DNA of 51,612 nucleotides. Origin: a virus. Taxonomy: Duplodnaviria > Caudoviricetes. The notes under the pieces were generated by a model. That model was given only the letters and a program-made list of their open reading frames with translations. It searched no databases and was not told the DNA's origin. The stretch spans positions 1-51,612 of IMG/VR virus record IMGVR_UViG_3300010043_000003. One strand, 5' to 3'. The position numbers and the translations under genes are program-made. Shown one piece after another: positions 1 through 7,384 of the stretch. Positions within the stretch are counted from its first letter, which is position 1, and the number at the start of each line of letters is the position of its first letter.

Positions 1-489
1 CGTAATCATCGATCTTATGATTGCGATGTAACGACCATTATTTTTCCAACTGCTGTTTTTGATGGTCGGCACCCGCGGCTCCCGTGGCTCTTTCTTTTTG
101 GGTTCGACACCACGCAGCTCGGCCACGTCCTTGCGGTGCATCTTGGAATTGATGGCACCGGATTTAATCCCCTCGGCAAACTGTTCGTCACTCAGTTTCG
201 TCAATTCGTAAAGTATAGTCCAATTAACGGGTAAATGTCTCCCCGGGGAGACATTTCGCAAATTTTCACACTCTCCAATTTTTATTAACTTGTCCGCAGT
301 TTGCCGATTAAACGGCAGATCTTCTTTGACCATCGGAATCCATTGGCCCTTACCAAGTTCCGCTTTGGCAGTCTCTAACCGCAGCCCCGTCTCGAAGATG
401 TTCGACAACTGCTCACCCCACGCCTTGGTGATCAGCTCCGCATGCTGCTGGCGGGTACGAACGTTGTGCAGGTTCACCACCTTGTTCAT
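1..489 (-). CDS. DUF3102-like phage protein, 3' end beyond the window
   Basis: Not in the ORF track. Manual translation from ATG 489 (SD GGGAGG): MNKVVNLHNVRTRQQHAELITKAWGEQLSNIFETGLRLETAKAELGKGQWIPMVKEDLPFNRQTADKLIKIG...LPVNWTILYELTKL, open to position 1. The G-x-W...LPF..RTA..LI pattern is typical of DUF3102. Confidence 0.7.
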   Translation of the reverse strand, partial: MNKVVNLHNVRTRQQHAELITKAWGEQLSNIFETGLRLETAKAELGKGQWIPMVKEDLPFNRQTADKLIKIGECENLRNVSPGRHLPVNWTILYELTKLSDEQFAEGIKSGAINSKMHRKDVAELRGVEPKKKEPREPRVPTIKNSSWKNNGRYIAIIRSMIT

Positions 490-587
490 GGTTCCCTCCC
501 GACAGAAAACGGCGCACCAGGTCCAAGGTCTGAGGTCATGAACCGGTGCGCCGCCCCTTCCCCGAATGCGGGCCGCCTCGAATCCGG

Positions 588-668
588 CAAAGAAAAAGAC
601 GGCACGCCCCCGGGGCTTGGGTGGGGGGTGTTCGGAGGCATGCCGCCAAGTGGCCCTTGGGAGGGACC
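588..668 (-). ncRNA. Candidate sRNA or leader RNA with C-rich loops and a U-tract
   Basis: On the minus strand: hairpin GGUCC-CUCCCAA-GGGCC, then a 15-bp stem GGCGGCAUGCCUCCG/CGGGGGCGUGCCGUC with a C-rich loop, followed by UUUUUCUUU. Confidence 0.35.
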
Positions 669-693
669 CCCGAATAAGTATTAAAAAACCGCT

Positions 694-707
694 GCAAAAT
701 ATTTTGC
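694..707. promoter_or_regulatory. 14-bp perfect palindrome, candidate operator
   Basis: GCAAAATATTTTGC in the AT-rich intergenic region upstream of the candidate RNA and the DUF3102-like gene. Confidence 0.4.
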
Positions 708-828
708 CAAAATATAATAATCATTTAGCGACCCTTTTTGCTAACCGTTACTGTAACCCAACCAACAATTGCGACATCGGGTAGTCAAACGTTCGTCACG
801 AATGTGGAAACGAGCTGCTAAAAATTTA

Positions 829-856
829 TTGACAGGTACATGCCAGAGCGAATAAT
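829..856 (+). promoter_or_regulatory. sigma70-type promoter
   Basis: TTGACA-N16-AATAAT preceded by an AT tract. The spacer contains CATGCCAGAGCG, which is shared with the late repeat motif. Confidence 0.5.
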
Positions 857-913
857 GCAACCGTCACTCGAAGACGCACGCACTGGGGGGATCACAAGCT
901 GGAGGGTTGGACT

Positions 914-1168
914 ATGATTGAACTTATTTCGAATTTTCGCTCTTCTCCACGCGCACCGAGACTTCTCTGCACCGAGCCGGCACGCATCTGCTGGCTGCGC
1001 GGCGGTCTGATCGAGGTCGTCATGGTCAAAGCACGACCCGGTCCGCGCGGTCTTTCCCTCTACGACGAGGTGGGGAGCTGCATATGGCCGGCCGAGGCGC
1101 TGGTCGACGCCCACCAGGAATTCCACATGGCGTTCGAAAGGCTGATGCAGCGTCAGCTGAACCATTAG
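914..1168 (+). CDS. hypothetical protein
   Basis: 84-aa ORF with SD GGAGG, downstream of the promoter; stop overlaps the stop of the cro-like gene. Confidence 0.6.
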   Translation: MIELISNFRSSPRAPRLLCTEPARICWLRGGLIEVVMVKARPGPRGLSLYDEVGSCIWPAEALVDAHQEFHMAFERLMQRQLNH

Positions 1169-1368
1169 GCCTCCCAAAACCAGCGGTCGTTCCAGCGGAC
1201 ACGCCGCCTCTTTGCTTCCCTACGGATATTTTCAAGCGCGGTCGCCAAAGGTATTTGGCGGCCGCTCTCCCATTTCGAGATCGTTGATTGAGTGACGCAG
1301 GCGATGCGGGCCATCTCCTGCTGAGAGACACCAAACACCTCGAGACGGATGCGCAGGAGCGTGTTCAT
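1165..1368 (-). CDS. Cro-like XRE helix-turn-helix regulator
   Basis: SQQEMARIACVTQSTISKWESG HTH motif; 67 aa; divergent from a second HTH gene. Confidence 0.85.
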   Translation of the reverse strand: MNTLLRIRLEVFGVSQQEMARIACVTQSTISKWESGRQIPLATALENIRREAKRRRVRWNDRWFWEA

Positions 1369-1432
1369 GGACGCGATGCTAATTCAAATACGGGTTGACG
1401 ATCAAGCGAAAAACCGATAACGATTACGGTAA

Positions 1433-1747
1433 ATGGATACGTTGCGGGGCATGGCTCGCATGCAAGTCGTCCCGGTTCTCGAAGAGGTGCTCGTCCTTTC
1501 GGGCGAAACGCAAGCACAGCTAGGCAAACGCATCGGCGTCTCGCAGACGACGATTTCGCGCTGGATGAGCGGCGAGACGGAACCCACCAAATCCCAATGG
1601 GACATCATCATTGACATGTATTTCTCGCTGAAAGGGTGGCGCAGCGTCGACGACCAGATCGCGCCCTTTGACCGCGATTTCCAGGACGGCGTGCGACGGA
1701 TCATCAACGAAATGATTAAGTTGCAGGGCCCGCCGAAACGCCGCTAG
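1433..1747 (+). CDS. CI-like XRE HTH repressor without an S24 peptidase domain
   Basis: TQAQLGKRIGVSQTTISRWMSGETEP HTH motif; 104 aa; divergent cro/cI arrangement. Confidence 0.8.
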   Translation: MDTLRGMARMQVVPVLEEVLVLSGETQAQLGKRIGVSQTTISRWMSGETEPTKSQWDIIIDMYFSLKGWRSVDDQIAPFDRDFQDGVRRIINEMIKLQGPPKRR

Positions 1748-1793
1748 ACCCATCGGGTCTGAGCGACACCTCAGCCGAAATCGTATTTACAAA

Positions 1794-1822
1794 TTGACGC
1801 ATATGCGTTTGCGCATTATGCT
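1794..1822 (+). promoter_or_regulatory. sigma70-type early promoter with overlapping palindromes
   Basis: TTGACG-N17-TATGCT, overlapped by ACGCATATGCGT and ATGCG-TTTG-CGCAT dyads (candidate operators). Confidence 0.65.
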
Positions 1823-1856
1823 TGCGGAAGCCGACATAACCCATGGAGGCTCCCCC

Positions 1857-2087
1857 ATGCCCGACATCATCACCATCGAAATCTGGCTCGCCGTCAACGA
1901 GGACGGCAATTTCCATCTCTGCACCGACAGCGCTAGCGACGCCCTTAACGAGCTGGTGAGTGAATATTCATCCGAGGCGGCGCGCGTAATCAAACTCACT
2001 GTCAACGTTCCGCGGCCGACGGTTCCTGACGTCAAAGTCGCTGTCCCCGAAATCGCTGGCGAGCCGGCGGTTGCGATCGAGGCCTGA
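1857..2087 (+). CDS. hypothetical protein (early operon)
   Basis: SD GGAGG before ATG 1857 (MPDIITIEIW); first gene of a tightly packed operon. Confidence 0.65.
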   Translation: MPDIITIEIWLAVNEDGNFHLCTDSASDALNELVSEYSSEAARVIKLTVNVPRPTVPDVKVAVPEIAGEPAVAIEA

Positions 2088-2091
2088 GCCC

Positions 2092-2292
2092 ATGCCCGAA
2101 CGCGTCCACACACTCCGCATCCAGTACGATACCGTCAACGATTGTGATCGATTCTGGAACGTGACGCTTGAGCCGTCCACGCTGCTCGCCATCGATGCGG
2201 CCAGCGCCAGGATACTGGCCGAGGGCATTGCGCGGCTGATCGACCAGCACACGATTAATTCCGCAACGATCAAATCGGGAGACGATAAGTGA
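2092..2292 (+). CDS. hypothetical protein
   Basis: MPERVHTLRI...; GTGA-coupled to the next ORF. Confidence 0.55.
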   Translation: MPERVHTLRIQYDTVNDCDRFWNVTLEPSTLLAIDAASARILAEGIARLIDQHTINSATIKSGDDK

Positions 2293-2654
2293 CCTACATG
2301 CCCTGCTACATGCTCGGCCGATTATCCAATGGATATGAGAGGGACAAAGGCAAGCTCGTGCATGCGGTGCCGGCACTTTACTGCGGCGCATGTAAAGGTA
2401 CCGGCGTAAAGCACGAATGGGTATTGCCCGAGGCCCTGCTCAAGCCAGTTGATCCGCCGCAGCGCTGCGATACCTGCTACGGCGCGCGGCGCATGCAATC
2501 ATTCCTCGGGCAGGCACTCTGTCGCAAACAACCGGGACCGCGATCGGTCGGCTGGCAGCTGGCCGACGGCAAAGAGATCAATTGTCCGCGCTGCCTCGCG
2601 AAGATCGCCAAGCTGGAGAGCAACGATGACCGGACTGCGCCTCTACCAGCATAA
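2289..2654 (+). CDS. Zn-finger protein (DnaJ-type CxxCxGxG plus CPRC)
   Basis: CGACKGTG, CDTCYG and CPRC motifs; translational coupling. Confidence 0.65.
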   Translation: MTYMPCYMLGRLSNGYERDKGKLVHAVPALYCGACKGTGVKHEWVLPEALLKPVDPPQRCDTCYGARRMQSFLGQALCRKQPGPRSVGWQLADGKEINCPRCLAKIAKLESNDDRTAPLPA

Positions 2655-2847
2655 ACTCGGCATCCTGCACTGTCGCCTCGACATGCTGCGCGCCGACATG
2701 GAGGACGACGGCCGCTACCTCGCCATCGTCGGTGAACTCGACGTCGCCTTGAAATGGGTAGACCGCGCCAAGGCCTCGATCGAGGAATACCACCGCGCCA
2801 GCGTCGAGGTGGCCGAGCTGCGCAGACAGCGACGAGGCACACGATGA
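2626..2847 (+). CDS. hypothetical coiled-coil protein
   Basis: SD GGAG before MTGLRLYQHK; ATGA-coupled to the next gene. Confidence 0.55.
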   Translation: MTGLRLYQHKLGILHCRLDMLRADMEDDGRYLAIVGELDVALKWVDRAKASIEEYHRASVEVAELRRQRRGTR

Positions 2848-3191
2848 GACTGCTGTTCGGCGGAGCAATCGTAATCCTGCTCATCGCCCTGCTCGGCAAA
2901 TGCGCCGGAGCCGCCTGTCTCGGCAGTGCCGGCGAGGTATGGGCCGAGCACGCGCACGCGCACGCGACCTGGAACTACGTCGGCGGGCAGCGCTGCTGGC
3001 ACGCCGGCCGGCCGGGAAGGGTCCCGCGCCAGGTGCGCCGCCCGGCCTATGGAATGGTGACCATGCCGCTGCCGAGGCCCCGGCCCGACTGGGAGATTCT
3101 CGATCCGCGCGCCTACCCGCACCTGAGTGCGAAAGACGGGCGCAGTCTCGCCGAGGAGCTGCTGCCGGATTTCGAGGCGAGGTGGCCGTGA
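2844..3191 (+). CDS. hypothetical exported or membrane protein
   Basis: MRLLFGGAIVILLIALL hydrophobic N-terminus; coupled start and stop. Confidence 0.55.
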   Translation: MRLLFGGAIVILLIALLGKCAGAACLGSAGEVWAEHAHAHATWNYVGGQRCWHAGRPGRVPRQVRRPAYGMVTMPLPRPRPDWEILDPRAYPHLSAKDGRSLAEELLPDFEARWP

Positions 3192-3415
3192 TGTTACGGC
3201 GCACGACCAACTTCACTACGCCTCACCACTACATCGTGCGGGTGCGGGTAAAAGGTTCGACCCGCACGGACGATCAATCATTCCCGACCAAGGAAATCGC
3301 GACACAGGTTTTCGAAGCCTACAAGCGGAGCGACGTCGAATATCTCGGCCTGTTCCGAATGTCGCCCCTCAGGGAGGAACGCGTGCTGCTGCAGAAATGG
3401 CCGGAGAAGGATTGA
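3191..3415 (+). CDS. hypothetical protein
   Basis: SD GAGGT; MLRRTTNFTT...WPEKD. Confidence 0.55.
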   Translation: MLRRTTNFTTPHHYIVRVRVKGSTRTDDQSFPTKEIATQVFEAYKRSDVEYLGLFRMSPLREERVLLQKWPEKD

Positions 3416-3483
3416 ATCATGAGCAAGATCGTCGAGACGGAAATCTACGGACTGCGCCAGGAGCTGACGAACCGGCCGTGAGC

Positions 3484-3762
3484 ATGGTCGTGGACAAGAT
3501 CATACGCGACATCATTCAGACGCAGGCCAAAGCGACGGAACGCGGCGCGCTTAGTATCTGGACCGTCTATGACAGGCCTAAAGACCATCCCGAAGGATTC
3601 ATAGCGCGGCAATTCGAAATCACCGCGGGGAGAGCAAAAGCGACCGACTCCCGACTCGTAGGACCGCTCGAGTCGATTCGCCACGCGCTCGGATCGGCGG
3701 GTCTCGTCTGTCTGCCGCGCCATCAGAACGACGAACCGCACGTCGTTGAGAGTTGGATATGA
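3484..3762 (+). CDS. hypothetical protein
   Basis: IWTVYDRPKDHPEGFIAR...GLVCLPRHQNDEPHVVESWI resembles a recurrent small phage family; exact start uncertain. Confidence 0.6.
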   Translation: MVVDKIIRDIIQTQAKATERGALSIWTVYDRPKDHPEGFIARQFEITAGRAKATDSRLVGPLESIRHALGSAGLVCLPRHQNDEPHVVESWI

Positions 3763-4022
3763 TGACCATGAAGATCGTTTTTCTCGACTCCGGCCGCGAG
3801 CCGAAATGCCCGGCTGACCCGGCCTTTCCGGACGGCATGGATGTCGACCTGTCGCACGGAGCGAGCGTATGCTGTCTCGTCAAGCTGCCCTACCCGGCAC
3901 CGCGCTGCGGCATTATGAGTGTCCGCTGCGAGAAATGCGGGCTCGTCAATATGGTCACCGTTGCCGGCCGCCGCGATGACCCGCGCTCGATCAAAATGGC
4001 TTGTGCGAGACTGGATGCATGA
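3759..4022 (+). CDS. Cys-rich hypothetical protein
   Basis: LPYPAPRCG...CEKCG; ATGA coupling on both sides. Confidence 0.6.
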   Translation: MMTMKIVFLDSGREPKCPADPAFPDGMDVDLSHGASVCCLVKLPYPAPRCGIMSVRCEKCGLVNMVTVAGRRDDPRSIKMACARLDA

Positions 4023-4471
4023 CGACCACCCTGCGCCGCTCCGACATCGCTCCCGATCAACCACTGCGCCTGCGCGTCGCCGCAGCCATTGCCTTTCCCG
4101 ATGGCTCGATGACCGAGCACGGCTTGAGGCACGAGGCAAAGAAGGGGCGCCTCGTCATCGAGCAGATCGCTAACAAAGACTACACCACCCTCGCTGCAAT
4201 CGAAAAAATGAGAGAATTATGCCGGCAAGATCAAAAGGGGCGCGTCTCTGGTTCCGTGAAGCACGACGTAACAAGCGAGGGCACATCACCCACCCCGCCG
4301 TCTACGTCATCCGCGACGGAGAATACCAGGAGAGCACTGAGTGCGGCGCGGATGACCTTGTCGGAGCTAACAAAAAACTTGAAGCCTACCTCAACAAAAA
4401 GCACACCGCCTCGATCGCGCAGAAAAAAAACGTCCGTGATCCCGCTGAAATTCCCATCGCCGACGTCCTGA
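4019..4471 (+). CDS. xis: excisionase / recombination directionality factor
   Basis: PLRLRVAAAIAFPDGSMTEHGLRHEAKKGRL...KDYTTLAAIEKMRELCR, a winged-helix Xis type, directly upstream of and overlapping the integrase. Confidence 0.7.
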   Translation: MTTTLRRSDIAPDQPLRLRVAAAIAFPDGSMTEHGLRHEAKKGRLVIEQIANKDYTTLAAIEKMRELCRQDQKGRVSGSVKHDVTSEGTSPTPPSTSSATENTRRALSAARMTLSELTKNLKPTSTKSTPPRSRRKKTSVIPLKFPSPTS

Positions 4472-5364
4472 ATCTCTACGCCCAAAAAGTGGTGCCGGAG
4501 ACTGGGCGGCCAAAGGAAAACGAACAGAAGATCACGCGCCTGCTCGATTACTTCGGCGACAAGCAGCTCTCTGACATCAACGGCGATTCGTGCCGAGCCT
4601 TCACGGCATCCCGCTCGACGCCTCTTGCAGCTCGTGAGGACCTGGTTGTGCTGCGAGCTGCGATCAATTTCCATCGCGAAGAAGGGCACTGCGAGAAGAT
4701 CGTCAGTGTCGTACTACCTGAAAAGGCGGTTGCCCGTGAGCGGTGGTGCGAGCCTGACGAGATCGCAAAATTGCTGCGAGCCGCGTGGCATTACCGGGAG
4801 GTCCAGAAGGGACAACCGACCGGCCGACGCTCTCGCAAGCACGTCGCCAAATTCATCCTGGTCGGCATCTACACCGGGACCCGCGCCGGTGCCATTTGTG
4901 CCGCCGCATTGCAGCCCACGATCGGCCACGGCTGGATCGATCTTAAGCGCGGCGTGTTCTATCGGCGCCCGGAGGGCGAGCGGGAGACCAAAAAGAAGAA
5001 GCCGCCGGTACCGCTACCCAAGCGGCTGCTGACGCATCTGCGACGCTGGCACGCCGCGGGGCAACGCTTTGTCGTCGAGTGGAACGGCGAACCCGTCAAG
5101 GACTGCGACAAAGCTTTCCGCAATGTCGCAATCGCAGCCGGGCTGCCCGACGTCACGCCCCACATTCTGCGCCACACGGCCGCGACCTGGATGATGCAGG
5201 CCGGCACCGACAAGTGGGAGGCGGCCGGCTACTTGGGTATGTCCGTCGAGACCCTCGAGCGCCACTACGGGCATCATCATCCGGATTTCCTCAAGAAGGC
5301 CGTCAATGCTTTCGATCGGCGCCCCCGCGCAACCGCCACAGCTTCGCCACTGAATAAACGGTGA
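4219..5364 (+). CDS. int: tyrosine integrase
   Basis: Catalytic motifs YTGTRAG (R), HILRHT (HxxR), LGMS and HYGH (Y); adjacent to attP. Confidence 0.95.
   Translation: MPARSKGARLWFREARRNKRGHITHPAVYVIRDGEYQESTECGADDLVGANKKLEAYLNKKHTASIAQKKNVRDPAEIPIADVLNLYAQKVVPETGRPKENEQKITRLLDYFGDKQLSDINGDSCRAFTASRSTPLAAREDLVVLRAAINFHREEGHCEKIVSVVLPEKAVARERWCEPDEIAKLLRAAWHYREVQKGQPTGRRSRKHVAKFILVGIYTGTRAGAICAAALQPTIGHGWIDLKRGVFYRRPEGERETKKKKPPVPLPKRLLTHLRRWHAAGQRFVVEWNGEPVKDCDKAFRNVAIAAGLPDVTPHILRHTAATWMMQAGTDKWEAAGYLGMSVETLERHYGHHHPDFLKKAVNAFDRRPRATATASPLNKR
5334..5352 (+). repeat. integrase arm-type sites (left arm)
   Basis: CGCCACAG and CGCCACTG in tandem inside the 3' end of int; same motif as the right arm. 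Confidence 0.65.
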
Positions 5365-5436
5365 AAACGGGGGCAAACGGCCCTATACGCAAAAAAAATA
5401 CGCAAATATATCAAGCCGTTAAGGCATGCCCCCTCT

Positions 5437-5481
5437 TTCGGGACGAGGGGGTCGCAGGTTCAAATCCTGCCACTCCGACCA
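5437..5481 (+). mobile_element. attP core: 3' half of tRNA-Pro(CGG)
   Basis: TTCGGGA anticodon loop, CGAGG stem, T-arm GCAGGTTCAAATCCTGC and acceptor CACTCCG-ACCA. The 5' half of the tRNA is absent. Confidence 0.9.
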
Positions 5482-5515
5482 GCAAAATCAGACACTTCTC
5501 GACATCCCATCAAAT

Positions 5516-5548
5516 CGCCACAGGTTCCCGCCACAGGTTCCGCCACAG
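5516..5548 (+). repeat. integrase arm-type sites (right arm)
   Basis: Three direct copies of CGCCACAG at 5516, 5529 and 5541. Confidence 0.7.
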
Positions 5549-5569
5549 CTTGGCGGAACAAAAGCAGGC

Positions 5570-5992
5570 CTACGGCAACCGCCACTTGGACCCACTGTCG
5601 TAATGTTGCTTTGTGCCGCGCACCGAGATGTGGACATGGGTGCGATGCGGATTCGATCCGGTGTACTTGCGCCACTGCCACGGCTTGGTGGTCGAGCTGC
5701 AGATCCGACCGTTCGATATGATGTACTTGATGCGCGGATCCTTCTCGCGCACCAGCCACTCGGCAATGGCGTGAGCGTCGCAGCCGCCGCGCGGATCATG
5801 CGTGATATCGAGCGCGCTGACGACGCCGTGAATGTCGTCCATGATGGACGGATTGTGATCGCTGGCCCGACGCGCATGCGCGGCATCGCCGATCGTGCCG
5901 TCGTTATGCTTCGAGCGCTTCGGCCAACGCTCGTCGATCTGCCGGCGCAGGACCGTCAGCGATTTTGCGAGGCGCCACGGGCGGGGGGCCAT
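5570..5992 (-). CDS. endolysin, Zn-peptidase (M15-like)
   Basis: DGTIGDAAH...SDHNP...ALDIT...NPHRTHVHIS gives H/D/H Zn ligands of the LAS/M15 fold; last gene of the late transcript. Confidence 0.75.
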   Translation of the reverse strand: MAPRPWRLAKSLTVLRRQIDERWPKRSKHNDGTIGDAAHARRASDHNPSIMDDIHGVVSALDITHDPRGGCDAHAIAEWLVREKDPRIKYIISNGRICSSTTKPWQWRKYTGSNPHRTHVHISVRGTKQHYDSGSKWRLP

Positions 5993-6031
5993 AACTGCGT
6001 TCCACCAAAGCGCGGGACCAGCCAGATCAGA
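5958..6031. repeat. 74-bp perfect direct repeat, copy 1
   Basis: Identical to 8215-8288; spans the holin 3' end / endolysin 5' end junction. Confidence 0.95.
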
Positions 6032-6356
6032 CCGCAGGTGCCGGCACCGCCTGCAGGGCGGCGATCGCGTCGACCGCGATTCCTGACGCTACCGCCGCAC
6101 CGGCCGCATCAACGTGAGCGGTGGTAACCGGGCTGTCCTCCGGCAAGTGCTGCATCAACGTGCTGGCGACCGTTGACACGGCGTCTCCGGTCCCCTGCCC
6201 GTTCATCTGCTCGACCGTATGGATGACATGCAACGCGAAGCCGATGAACGGCAGAAACCCGGCCATCTCCGGCACCACCTTGACGATATCGGGCGCTGCA
6301 TCCTTGAGCGCGCTTAAGGCCACGTCGGCATCGACAGCCCCTTCTTTGAGGTCCAT
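6027..6356 (-). CDS. hypothetical protein with a hydrophobic segment
   Basis: SD GGAGGAG; 109 aa; MAGFLPFIGFALHVI segment. Confidence 0.65.
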   Translation of the reverse strand: MDLKEGAVDADVALSALKDAAPDIVKVVPEMAGFLPFIGFALHVIHTVEQMNGQGTGDAVSTVASTLMQHLPEDSPVTTAHVDAAGAAVASGIAVDAIAALQAVPAPAV

Positions 6357-6368
6357 GTGCTCCTCCTC

Positions 6369-6797
6369 CTATCCTCTTCCAGGTCGCGCCTTCACGGAAT
6401 CGGTCGGCGCCATGCGGTTGATCTCATCGATGCGCAACGGCCGCCGGTAATGCACGGCGACAGCCAGCTCGCCGAGCACCTTCGTCATTTCCTCGACCAC
6501 CCACGGCTCGTCGGTGCCGACGTTGCGCATGATGCGGTCGCGTAACTCTTCCGCCTTTCGCCACTTGGTCGGGCTCCAACGGAGCACCGGTACCGGCATT
6601 CTCTTTCCGGGCTGATGGAACGAGAGGGAAAGCTGCCACAGCGGCCTCCCGCCGGCGTAGCGAAATCACTCCATACCTAGATTCACCGTAAGCCCGGCCG
6701 AGATCAGCCGCTCGGCCATCCAGAAAAACTTGGCGCCGACCTGCCGTTCGGGATCGAATACCGGATCGGCAAGCGCGATCTCAACTTGCCTGTTCAT
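6369..6797 (-). pseudogene. 142-codon gene with an in-frame TGA at codon 44 (pseudogene or recoded gene)
   Basis: AAGGAGG SD and ATG 6797; MNRQVEIAL...TVNLGME*FRYAGGRPLWQLSLSF continues in frame into the 6369..6599 ORF of the track. TGA is at 6666-6668. Confidence 0.65.
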
Positions 6798-6807
6798 TTG
6801 CCCTCCT

Positions 6808-7374
6808 TCAGCCGGTGAATCCGGCCGCAATGTCCTGGTCGAGTGACGCCAGCTGCTTGGCGACGATCACGAAACCCAGCTGGTGATCCCAGGTGCCCCG
6901 CGACCACACGCCGTCCGAGATGTATTTGCCGCCGCGGTAGATCGAGGTGCCCGCCCACAGATAGCCGGTCGGCCTGCCGTGCATCCGCGGCCCGAACCCG
7001 TTCCACTTCTCCGCCTCGAATAGCGCCATCGGCCAGGTCCAGTCGGTGCATTCGGTGATGTGATCGAGACGGAGCGCGTCGACGCAGCCGGCCTCCCAGG
7101 TGTCGAACGGCCCGCGCCCGCGCGGCACGTCCCTCGTGACGCGGTCGAGCGGATCGCCGTTGCCGAAATAGCTTAAGAACTGCGGCCCCTCCCGTTCCCA
7201 GATCGGCATCAGCCACAGCGCCGGCACGCCGCACGATTTCTGCACCGACATGAAGCGGTCCTTGTGCGTGAGCAGTCGCTTGGCGGTCGCCAGCGCCGCG
7301 GTCGCCTCGGTGAACTTCATGGCGGCCAGGTCGGCCGTGTACTCGTCCTTGAGCTCGTCGAATGTGAACGTCAT
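6808..7374 (-). CDS. lysozyme-family endolysin (COG5526-like)
   Basis: GVP...ERE...NGDPL..T..VPRGRGPF.TWE...EKWNGFG...YLWAGT..Y..GKYISDG..D.QLG. Confidence 0.85.
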   Translation of the reverse strand: MTFTFDELKDEYTADLAAMKFTEATAALATAKRLLTHKDRFMSVQKSCGVPALWLMPIWEREGPQFLSYFGNGDPLDRVTRDVPRGRGPFDTWEAGCVDALRLDHITECTDWTWPMALFEAEKWNGFGPRMHGRPTGYLWAGTSIYRGGKYISDGVWSRGTWDHQLGFVIVAKQLASLDQDIAAGFTG

Positions 7375-7384
7375 CTGGCACCCG

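Noticed and set aside
694-710. sigma54 promoter TGGCAAAATATTTTGC on the minus strand
   Set aside because: GG to GC spacing is 11 nt rather than the required 10; kept only as a palindrome.
5405-5481. Complete tRNA-Pro gene
   Set aside because: The acceptor 5' strand and D-arm are missing; only the 3' half is present, as expected for attP.
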